From: Rhina ancylostomus
Taxonomy: Eukaryota
Reading direction: 5' to 3'
DNA length: 64,000 nt
NCBI GenBank assembly: GCA_030265395.1
Contig: JARFYF010000050.1
Span: forward strand, 20,032,802-20,096,801
Part shown: piece by piece, positions 12,908 through 22,839 of the stretch
Numbering within the stretch: position 1 is the stretch's first letter
Layout of the letters: each line of letters begins with the position of its first letter
The notes under the pieces: model-generated
Databases searched by the model: none
What the model saw: only the letters and a program-made list of their open reading frames with translations
Told to the model about the DNA's origin: nothing
Translations under genes and position numbers: made by a program

Positions 12908-13525
12908 TAGGGCTGCACAATGATGCAGGTAGTAGAGNNNNCCTCACAGTGCCAGTGACCTGGGTTCAATGCTGAACACTGGTGCAGACAATGCAGAGTT
13001 TACACGTTCTCCCTGTGGCTACATGGATTTCCATTGGATGCTCTGGCTTCCTCACATGTTAGAGAAACATGTAGGTTGGTTGGTTAATCAATTGGCTATT
13101 GTAAGTTGCTCCAAGTGTGCAGGTGTGTGGTAGGGGGTGATGAGCAGTTAGCGTAACACTATGACAGCGCCAGTGACCTGGGTTCAATCCCCACCGCTGT
13201 CTGTAAGGAGTTTGTATGTTCTCCCCGTGTGTCTGCGTGGGTTTCCTCCCACGTCCTAAAGACGTACAGGATAGGAGTTGTGGGCATGCTATGTGGCGCC
13301 GGAAGGGTGGTGACATTTGCGGGCTGCCCCCAGGATGCTCTGCGCAAAAAGATGTATTTCACTGTGTATGTTTCGATGTACATGTGAGCAATAAAGATAT
13401 CTTATCTTATTAATAAACTGAACTAGTGTGAGTTTAGTGTAAAAAAACGAGTGCATGACGTTCGGCATCAACTCGGTATGTGAAAGGGCTGGTTTCATTG
13501 CTGTATTGCCCTACGAGTCTATGCC
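12908..13525 (+). mobile_element. Old HE1-type V-SINE with CR1-type tail, split by a younger SINE
   Basis: Head and V core at 12908-13130 (gacctgggttcaatgctga...ttacacgttctccctgtgg). The CR1-like tail resumes after 13412 (gaaagggctggtttcattgctgtattgccctacgagtctatg). Confidence 0.7.
13132..13410 (+). mobile_element. tRNA-derived V-SINE, young subfamily (copy 2)
   Basis: Same head, core and tail as 1085-1368. B-box ggttcaatcc; ends aataaagatatcttatcttat. Confidence 0.92.
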
Positions 13526-13584
13526 TCTGTGACATTTGGCAAGTGCTGATAAGATGAAAAGGTCTGAGAAATAACTGAGACATC

Positions 13585-13965
13585 ATGAGGGGAGGATTGA
13601 GAAACCTACCGAATATCGAAAGGCCTGGATAGAGTGGAAATGGAGAGGATGTTTCCAGTTGTAAGAGAGTCTTGGACCAGGGGGCACAGCCTCAGAATAG
13701 AAGGGCATCCCTTTAAAACAGAGATGCGAAGGAATTTCTTTCGGCAGAAGGTGGTGAATCTGTGGAATTCTTTTCCAGACAGGTGTGGAGGCCAAGTTAT
13801 TGGGTATATTTAAAGCAGAGGTTGATAGGTTTTTGNNNNNNNNNNNNNNNNNNNNNNNNNNNNNNNNNNNNNNNNNNNNNNNNNNNNNNNNNNNNNNNNN
13901 NNNNNNNNNNNNNNNNNNNNNNNNNNNNNNNNNNNNNNNNNNNNNNNNNNNNNNNTCCTATGTCT
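13585..13965 (+). mobile_element. CR1 LINE 3' fragment (gap inside)
   Basis: ggaccagggggcacagcctcagaatagaaggg...gaatttctttcggcagaaggtggtgaatctgtggaattc, i.e. RGHSLRI.G..F.TEMRRNFF.QKVVNLWNS. Confidence 0.9.
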
Positions 13966-14624
13966 TGTGGAGAGAGCAGGTGCTCACCTCGTCCATGCTT
14001 GGAGTTTAAATGTGCTGACAGTCTCTTAGAAACCATAATTTAAAGAAAATAAATGTCTGTGCTTACAGAATTTCCACTGTGAACATTTTACATATCATCT
14101 GGCTTTCTGCTGTTCTATGTTATAGGCAAAATAATTAAAGTTTTCTTTCGTTATCAATAAAAACATTCACTCTACGGACATTACTGCTTTGATTTAGGAA
14201 AAAAGCATCCATATCTTTGAAAACAAATCTACAGGGAGAAAGTGCTGTGTGTTAAGTGAAAAAAAGAGCAATTTTCTAAATTAATTTGGTTAACTTAATA
14301 AAAATGTTCTTTGAAATGAGTTCATTAGATCTGACATAATATGGCTGGTAGTTTTTTGTTTTCCTTTCTGACCCTAGATGGCAATTATTATGTATTATTG
14401 AAAAAAAAATTGAACAATTAGATGCAGTGGTCATTTGTTTTATCTTTTGCAGGATATTTTATATTTCTTTAAATGCTTTGAAAAGGAAAATAAATGCTGA
14501 AAACATATTGAAAATAACACTATCCATCGCAGTGACCAGACAAGGATGCATGTAAAACAGCAGGAATACTCTCTGGGGACCCTTTTAGTCTATGGTGGCC
14601 AGATCCATCTCTGCAGCAAAATGT

Positions 14625-15270
14625 TAGCAGACAGATGTAGCAAGTAGCCAAGATACCAAATGGCATATTGGTCTTTACTGCAAAGGGGCTGGAGCTTAGA
14701 AATAGGAAAGTTTGTTACAATTGTATTGGGTGTTGCTGAAGCCACACCTGAAGGACTGTATAGTTCTACTCCCCCTATTTACAAATGGATCCAGCAGTAT
14801 TAGAGGCGGTCTGAATGAGATTCACCAGGCTAGTACCCTGGATGAGTGGATACTCCTTTCAAGAGAGGATAAATTCGTTGGGGTTGAGAAGAATGTCGGG
14901 AGATCTTATTGNNNNNNNNNNNNNNNNNNNNNNNNNNNNNNNNNNNNNNNNNNNNNNNNNNNNNNNNNNNNNNNNNNNNNNNNNNNNNNNNNNNNNNNTC
15001 TGGTCATTTAAAACCAAGGAATGTACAAATTCCTTCTCACAGGAAGTGGTAAATCTTCAGTTCTTTACTCCAAAGCTGTGGAACCTAGCTTATTAGATGT
15101 ATTTAAAATGGAGACACAGATTTTTGAAAGACTGGGGGATTGAGGGCTATGGGGATCTGGTACAGAGGGGGAGGTGACCTTGGGGTGGATCAGCCATTGT
15201 CAATTGTCACATTGAACAGCAGGGCAAGTCTGAGGGGCTAGGTGGCTGATTCCTGCTCCTATTTTCTTGT
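14625..15270 (+). mobile_element. CR1 LINE 3' fragment (decayed)
   Basis: LLQLYWVLLKPHL.. and RFTRLVPWMSGYSFQERINSLGL..RRMSGDLI motifs, plus 3' UTR ending ttcctgctcctattttcttgtg. Confidence 0.85.
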
Positions 15271-16127
15271 GCGGCAATCTCTTCTGTACTGGTGTGGAAA
15301 TATTACAATGAACTGAAGTTTCTGTCAACCAGGGAGGGGAAGTCAATCTTAGTTTGACTCTTCTGCAGTTGTGTGGTTACAACAGCCTTTATATAGGGTC
15401 AACAGCAATGGCAGTATTGCCACCTTTGTCAAGCACCAAGCATCCAAAAGCCTTCTTATTTTGAAAAATAGATCTCTTTTAATCAGGGTCTAAAGATGCA
15501 AGGCCCTGATAGAACTGCTGGAAGTTGTTAAAGGCTGCAACAAGGACAATGGAGCAGTCAAGAATCTCTAACGATGTGTCTGTAATGGTGCTGGTGGGAA
15601 TTGAGACGGAACAAAAATAACTTGGGTTTGAGGATACTGCAGCAGAGCCTCATTCTTTCTGGACCCTGCATTAGATTATGAGGGGCCCCATGGTGAAATA
15701 GCCTCCAGTGAGGTCCTAGTTAAGTGGGTGACACCCAGGAAATCATGCCCCAAGAAAGGACAACCCCTTCAATTCAGGGCAGAAAATAGAAGATAAACGA
15801 GTGAGAGAACATAGAAGAGAAAGTATATCAACCTTTTTATCTAACAACTTAGACATCACTGAATGCTGAAAATGTTTTATTTATGTCATCTCCATTACAA
15901 GATTGCCAATAGTTTGTAATTATTTTATATTTCTGTTAACCTAAACTTATAGATGATAATTTTTATTAGAATATATATGCACACCTCTCCACACAACTGA
16001 CTTTACTCATGCGTTTCCTCAATGTTTAATGCTCAATTTTCAAGATTCTCTGATATCTTCTAATAAGAGCAAAACCCCATCATCCAAGATGAAATTCAAA
16101 TTCCAGTGTCAACTGGCAAATTCTAGA

Positions 16128-16220
16128 AGTTAGAGAAACAAAAGACTGCAGATGCTGGAATCTGGATGAAAAACACAATGATGCTGGAGGAACTCAGCAG
16201 GCCAGGCAGCATCCGTGGAG
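16128..16220. mobile_element. Penelope-type terminal repeat running into a 610-N gap
   Basis: ctgcagatgctggaatctgg...atgctggaggaactcagcaggccaggcagcatccgtggag; same family as 6322. Confidence 0.85.
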
Positions 16221-17044
16221 NNNNNNNNNNNNNNNNNNNNNNNNNNNNNNNNNNNNNNNNNNNNNNNNNNNNNNNNNNNNNNNNNNNNNNNNNNNNNNNN
16301 NNNNNNNNNNNNNNNNNNNNNNNNNNNNNNNNNNNNNNNNNNNNNNNNNNNNNNNNNNNNNNNNNNNNNNNNNNNNNNNNNNNNNNNNNNNNNNNNNNNN
16401 NNNNNNNNNNNNNNNNNNNNNNNNNNNNNNNNNNNNNNNNNNNNNNNNNNNNNNNNNNNNNNNNNNNNNNNNNNNNNNNNNNNNNNNNNNNNNNNNNNNN
16501 NNNNNNNNNNNNNNNNNNNNNNNNNNNNNNNNNNNNNNNNNNNNNNNNNNNNNNNNNNNNNNNNNNNNNNNNNNNNNNNNNNNNNNNNNNNNNNNNNNNN
16601 NNNNNNNNNNNNNNNNNNNNNNNNNNNNNNNNNNNNNNNNNNNNNNNNNNNNNNNNNNNNNNNNNNNNNNNNNNNNNNNNNNNNNNNNNNNNNNNNNNNN
16701 NNNNNNNNNNNNNNNNNNNNNNNNNNNNNNNNNNNNNNNNNNNNNNNNNNNNNNNNNNNNNNNNNNNNNNNNNNNNNNNNNNNNNNNNNNNNNNNNNNNN
16801 NNNNNNNNNNNNNNNNNNNNNNNNNNNNNNAAAACTGAGTCTGATAAATCTGCCTGAGCTATTTCTCCAGAACAAACACAATAACTTACCCATAACAACC
16901 CAGCCCCTGGTGGTCTCATTTCAAATATCTACAGATACCTTTTTCTACCTCTTGACACTTGCACCCATCTGATCAATAGCACTTGATTCCATCAGACTAA
17001 ACCCAAGTGCCCATGCTAGTCTCAATACTGCTATCATTCCCCAC

Positions 17045-17096
17045 AACCCTCCTCCTCCTCCAGAATCACAAACCCTCCTCCTCCTCCAGAATCACA
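17045..17096. repeat. Perfect 26-bp tandem duplication
   Basis: aaccctcctcctcctccagaatcaca x2. Confidence 0.95.
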
Positions 17097-17224
17097 AACT
17101 AAGATTTAATTTCCATAGCCAACAGAAAAGAAAACATGGCTGCCAAAATTCCTAATGGTCGTTACATAAGAAAGCATAAGAGAGTCACCAGATGAAGAGT
17201 AGGGAAAGGCAAACAAGAAAAGTA

Positions 17225-17780
17225 CATATACAAACCTAACAAGATAGCAGGAGTGGGCTACTCGACCTTTAAATCTGCCCCAGCATTCAATATGATCATG
17301 GTTGATTTGTTCCAGGTCTCTGTTTCCCAAAGCCCTCAATTCCCTGATTATTCAAAGATTGACCTACTTCCTCCTTAAATATCTCCAACAATCCAGCCTC
17401 CACAACTATCTGGGGTAGAGAATTCCAGAGATTTATCACCTTCTGCAGAAAGATATTTCACTTCAGCTTTAAGTGACCACCCTCTAATCTTATAATTAAG
17501 TCCCTTCTTCACGATTCACTTGCAATGGAGGCCAATATGCCATTTGACTTCCCGAACACTTGCTGCACCTGCCCACTNNNNNNNNNNCAAGAAAACCTAG
17601 ATCCACTGCACTTCGCTCAACTAAAATCTGTACATGATAGACTGCTTTTAGAGTGCTCCTATTGGATGTGCACAACCTCACACTTTCATACCTGAAACTC
17701 CGTATGCCAAGATTATCCCCCACTCCTCAATCTATCTGTATCCTGTTGCAGAATCCTAATATTCTCATTGCAACATGTGC
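17225..17780 (-). mobile_element. CR1 LINE 3' fragment (decayed, with deletions)
   Basis: gatagcaggagtgggc...cattcaatatgatcatggttgat...ggggtagagaattccagagatt...aacctcacacttt. Confidence 0.8.
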
Positions 17781-18051
17781 TCTGCAAACTGCTAAAGAGA
17801 GAAAAACAGAAATATAGAAGAGAGAGAAATAAATTTCTATTGTCAACACAGGAAAAACTATTTCAATACAGAAACATCTTACTTGATTTCATACTCCTTT
17901 TTGATCAGCTTAGCATCCAACAAAATCTAGTGTGAAAAAAATCCATCCACAATTAAGAAATTATTACTAGGAATCAAAAGATTTAGGCCACTAAAGTACT
18001 CTACATTCAGTGCAGAGAAAGTCAAACTGTTTTTTTTGTTAAAGTGTAAAT

Positions 18052-18365
18052 GGGTGGCACAATAGAGTAACTAGTAGAATTTCTGCCTCAGAGCTCCAGC
18101 AACCCAGGTTCAATTTAAACCTCCAGTCTGTGTGGAATTTGCATGTTCTCTTGGTGACCATGAAGGTTTCCTCCAAATGCTCCGGCTTCTTCCCATAACC
18201 CAAAGATGTACTGGTTGGTCAGTTAATTGACCAATGTAAATTACCCCGAGTGTGTTGGTGAGTCATAGAATCAGAGAGAGTTGATGAGACTGTGGGGAGA
18301 ACAAAATGGGATTTGTCTAAATGGTGCTTGATGTTCAGCACACACTTGATGGAACTTAATGGCTC
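18052..18365 (+). mobile_element. Old HE1-type V-SINE
   Basis: gggtggcaca...gcctcagagctccagcaacccaggttcaa...tgtgtggaatttgcatgttctc...ggtttcctcc...gtaaattacccc. Confidence 0.85.
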
Positions 18366-19927
18366 TATAAATAGTAGAAGATTATTTCCACAGGTTTACA
18401 TATCAGTAACAAATGGATAGAGATTTATGATTGGCAAAATAGGTAATTTATTTTTAAGCAAGTGATTATCATAATATGAATTGCTTCAGTAAAACGTGGT
18501 TATTGAAGATGAGCATACCACAGCATCAAGCATGAATTCGGAAAACACTTCAAGAGAAAAGAGCACGATTAAAGTGCAGGAAAATGAGGAGAGAGGACTT
18601 CAGCGAGGAGAGACAGATAGAGCCAAATGGCTTCCGTATCTGCTGGATGTTTTGTGACTTGAAAATTATTCAGCCATACAGCATCTAGTATATAACAACA
18701 CAGCCGAGATAGTGGATCCATTAGCACCCTTTTTGTACACAAATTTGCACATAAAAGCAATTTGACCTGTGTTAGGTCACCCCAATGACCACTTTCAGGT
18801 AAAATCAAGGATGTCAGAAAATTTGCTCAGGCATTTCCACCTACTTAGTATATCTGATGGTCCTCCAGCGTCATTTGTGAACACAATTCATGCAGCATAT
18901 GTCTCCTCCTTTACTAACATTAATGGCAATTAATTTAAGACTTTTGCTGAGCACTCGCAGTGCAATGTGCTACCTTTTTGGCATTTGTATCTCTCTTAAA
19001 AGTCACACTGGAAAACATGATGAGACAGCTTCAGATCCCTTTGCAGACTGCTCAAAAACCTTGCACAGTTCACAATGCGCCTAAGCTAGTAGCAATTGCT
19101 TTCTCCAGAATTTTGCTGCTGAAATGCTCAGACAGTGGGTGCCCCACCAGTGATGCCATTCATTACCAACCTCTCTAGGTGAGGCATGGCAAGGTCAGTG
19201 GTTGACAGACCAGTGTGAATTCTCTCTGCGCATTGAAGGATGTATTCAGGATCATTTATTGAAGAACAAAATCCAACAAAAGTCAAAAATCATAACATTG
19301 TGTAAAATGACACATACTCAAGCCTTTCTATTTCACTGCAACATCAGCAATGATGTTGCAGTGTCTTCTAAAGCTCTCTTTTCCTTCAAGTTCNNNNNNN
19401 NNNNNNNNNNNNNNNNNNNNNNNNNNNNNNNNNNNNNNNNNNNNNNNNNNNNNNNNNNNNNNNNNNNNNNNNNNNNNNNNNNNNNNNNNNNNNNNNNNNN
19501 NNNNNNNNNNNNNNNNNNNNNNNNNNNNNNNNNNNNNNNNNNNNNNNNNNNNNNNNNNNNNNNNNNNNNNNNNNNNNNNNNNNNNNNNNNNNNNNNNNNN
19601 NNNNNNNNNNNNNNNNNNNNNNNNNNNNNNNNNNNNNNNNNNNNNNNNNNNNNNNNNNNNNNNNNNNNNNNNNNNNNNNNNNNNNNNNNNNNNNNNNNNN
19701 NNNNNNNNNNNNNNNNNNNNNNNNNNNNNNNNNNNNNNNNNNNNNNNNNTCTCTGCTTGTGCAGAAGACCAATTTACACACACAAGGCATCTCGTGTTAA
19801 TGTTCCTTAGGAGGTAGACCTCTGTGTAGGGATGTAGGGAGTAGAATTCCATTGGTGGAGTGAGTGTGGTGGCTGGTGTGGGAGAGGATGGGGTGTGTGG
19901 ATCATGCGGATGGAGTCACAATTGATC

Positions 19928-19930
<3 letters not shown>

Positions 19931-19981
<51 letters not shown>

Positions 19982-19982
19982 C
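19931..19982. repeat. (GT)22(GC)4 microsatellite
   Basis: Read directly; alternating purine-pyrimidine tract, Z-DNA-prone. Confidence 0.98.
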
Positions 19983-20099
19983 ATTTGTAAATGTCAGAAT
20001 GAGAATTGAAAATGAGCAACAGGTCCAAAGCTTACCTTGACATGTCAAGAGAAGTGATGAAATTTCTTTTGACATTGCTCCAAGGTGCAACAATTCTCA

Positions 20100-20530
20100 C
20101 TCCTGGAGGAGACAACTACAGCCATCTACTGCCAGGCTCTTCTGGTGACAACTTTGNNNNNNNNNNCCATTGCCCACCCCACAACCACTTCTTTCCTCCT
20201 CTGATGTACAGGTCATTCCTCATGGCCTCAGCCTCCTTCATCAGGACTGTAGTATCTCCACAACAACATCTTAGTGCTCTCTCCACATGTGTTGCTGTTG
20301 CCCAGCTGCCATGGGGAGTGTGCCTTTAAAAGCTAATGCCCATTTCTGATTACAGCAGTGAAGACTTTCACACACATCCCTTTTGTTCACTCCAGTCCTC
20401 CCTCTTCTCTGAAACATGACACACGTATGATTTCTGATGTCTCCTGGTTCTGATGACAGCCCATTCAACTGAATCATTAGCTCCGTTTCTGTCTCCACAG
20501 GTGCTGACTTTCCAGCATTTTTGTTTTTCC
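20100..20530 (+). mobile_element. Highly decayed Penelope 3' part and terminus
   Basis: Ends tctgatgacagccc...ctgaatcattagctccgtttctgtctccacaggtgctgac...ttccagcattttt, the Penelope terminal pattern with an eroded CTGATGA...GAAA core. Confidence 0.45.
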
Positions 20531-21107
20531 TTGTACAAATTAATTCTGCTGTTATACTGCTTTTGTGTGTGAATACAGTCCAAATTTACCAGATAGTTAA
20601 TACTTTAATGTAATTAACTCTTTTTCTATTCAAAAAGGCATCTCCAGTTGGTAAATATGGTGGCAAAGCTAGTAGAACTGAGTGGATATGCCAGGTTTTG
20701 AGGTGGGAAGAACCTTGGGCTTCCCAAGCAGAGGTTGAAGTGCAGCCTACCACTACAGGTATGAGTAGGCCTCGAAACGGGTGTTGCAGTGGTCAGCTCC
20801 TCATAGTGTGCAATGGGCTGGCACAGATTTCCCAGCTCTTAGATTGGAAAGTGTGCCTGCTGAGCCTGTGTTAGCTTAACCTGGTGCCGAATGAAAGGAA
20901 TTAAAATAAATGGCTACTGAGACAACAGTAAGATTTAATTTGATTTGATTTAATTCAGTTAGTCTGAATGCTTTCAAGTACGTTGAGGGTTTTTCAGTTT
21001 TGTAATTTAAAAGAAAATTCTAAAATTGTTCTTTTTGAAATACTTCCCAGGTGTTTTTGGATACTTATACATATCAAATACATTCACCAGTATGCAATTT
21101 TAGTGCA

Positions 21108-21318
21108 GGAAACAAACTACTGGCAGAACTAAGCTGGTCAGGCAGCATCTGTAGAGGGAAATGAACAGTCATTGTTTCAGGTCAACTGTCCATTTCCTTC
21201 ATCTGCTCTCGACCTGAAATATCAACTGTCCCTTCCCCTCCATAGATGCTGCTTGACCCACTGAGTTCCTCCAGTACTTTGTCTTTTGATCCAGACTCCA
21301 ACATCTGCAGTCCCCTGT
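21108..21318. mobile_element. Penelope-terminus-derived fold-back element
   Basis: Left arm ctggcagaactaagctggtcaggcagcatctgtagaggg...gtttcaggtc; right arm gacctgaaat...cctccatagatgctgcttgacccactgagttcctccag...catctgcagtc. Confidence 0.8.
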
Positions 21319-22101
21319 ATCTGCAATTTTAGCACAGGTTTGGCAGCCATTAGCACTGGATCTCAGGAGCTCACAGTTATTGAAGCATTTCGCTGAACAG
21401 CAGCCACTTGCACTGGGAGAGGACATGTGCTGTACTGGGACTTGCTGATAAGCTGGGGGCTGACCTTCTAGAGGAGGACTGTGCCCAGGACCACGGAAAC
21501 AGGATGGCTCGTCGTTAGGTGACCATAAACTGGAACAGCTGATTGGTCAGTATGAAACCCAGTCTTAGCTCTCAAATAGACCAATCAGTAGGAATACAGG
21601 AGTGAGTCATACAAGTTACAAACCATATGAACGTACAAAAAAAGGCAAGGGAGAGTTAAAGTGACTGGTGCATCAAAGTTCTGAAAAATGTTACCAGCTG
21701 TTGGAAGGTAAGAATTTGCTGCAATCTTTCCTTCAAATACAGCTAATGCAAAACTGGTAACAACAGCAAGTAAAGTCTTCTGGGTTCCAAACACGACTGT
21801 CTACATTACGAGAACATGAAGCTGCCACAAAGCGAAGCCTATTATTTCAGAAAGATACAACTAGATTTTAGGGGAATTGTTGTACCTTTGAATATTGTTT
21901 CAAAATTTTGTTCTTGGTTAATTCTGATAACTATAATGACAATATACTACATAGTTAATCAGAAAGATCATATATTACAAATAGATTGAAATTCATAATT
22001 GGAATGTTAATCAAATGCAAAATTAAAAGTAGATTTCCACAAGGATCAAATGATCCAATTATCCTAAGTCATTAGAAACTCAAAATGCAGTTTGTGCAAG
22101 A

Positions 22102-22130
22102 CTTTTTTTTCCTGCTTTGCACAGGTAAGT
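22102..22130 (+). other. Candidate recursive splice site (3'ss abutting a consensus 5'ss)
   Basis: cttttttttcctgctttgcacAG|GTAAGT. Confidence 0.35.
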
Positions 22131-22549
22131 GCTTACATAAATGAACCCTGTTATCATTATATCATCAGTGTATGTCACATAAAATCAGACATCCATGATG
22201 TAAATTCAAGATGATTAATATAATAAAACTGCAAATATATGTGGATATAAATCACTTTCAGGCACAATTCTGACAAAAAGTATAACTTAAGGGTCACCCA
22301 ATACCCAGGACAAGTGGACTGAGAACTCTTTATATTAACCCCTGCCATTTAAGTCTGAGTAAATGGTGATGTTGTGCAACTTGTGTCCAGTCCAAATCCA
22401 CATCTTGGCACTACATGGGAAGTGCACTGTACTTGTGGACATTAAATAATGACAATATGGATGTTCTGCCTCTTCACACTCTGCTGACATTAGCATGTAG
22501 CAGTGGAAAAGGCACAGAGATCTACAAATCTGGAAATGAATTAAATAAG

Positions 22550-22839
22550 CTTTCTTTATTAGTCACACATACATTGAAACACACAGTGAAATGCATCTTT
22601 TTTTGCATAGAGTGTTCTGGGGGCAGCCCACAAGTGTCGCCACGCTTCTGGCGCCAACAGAGCATGCCCACAACTTCCTAACCTGTACGTTTTTGGAATG
22701 TGGGAGGAAACCGGAGCACCCAGAAGAAAGTCACGCAGACACGGGGAGAATGTACAAACTCCTTACAGGCAGCGGCGGGAATTGAACTTGGGTCTCTGGC
22801 GATGTAATAGCATTACGCTAACCGCTACACTACCGTGCC
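22550..22839 (-). mobile_element. tRNA-derived V-SINE, young subfamily (copy 3, complete head)
   Basis: Reverse complement begins ggcacggtagtgtagcggttagcgtaatgc; V core and tail as in copies 1 and 2. Confidence 0.92.

Noticed and set aside
16123-16972. Long ORFs of 200-290 aa here and at 19.2-19.8 kb and 55.7-56.7 kb
   Set aside because: They consist almost entirely of X from N gaps.
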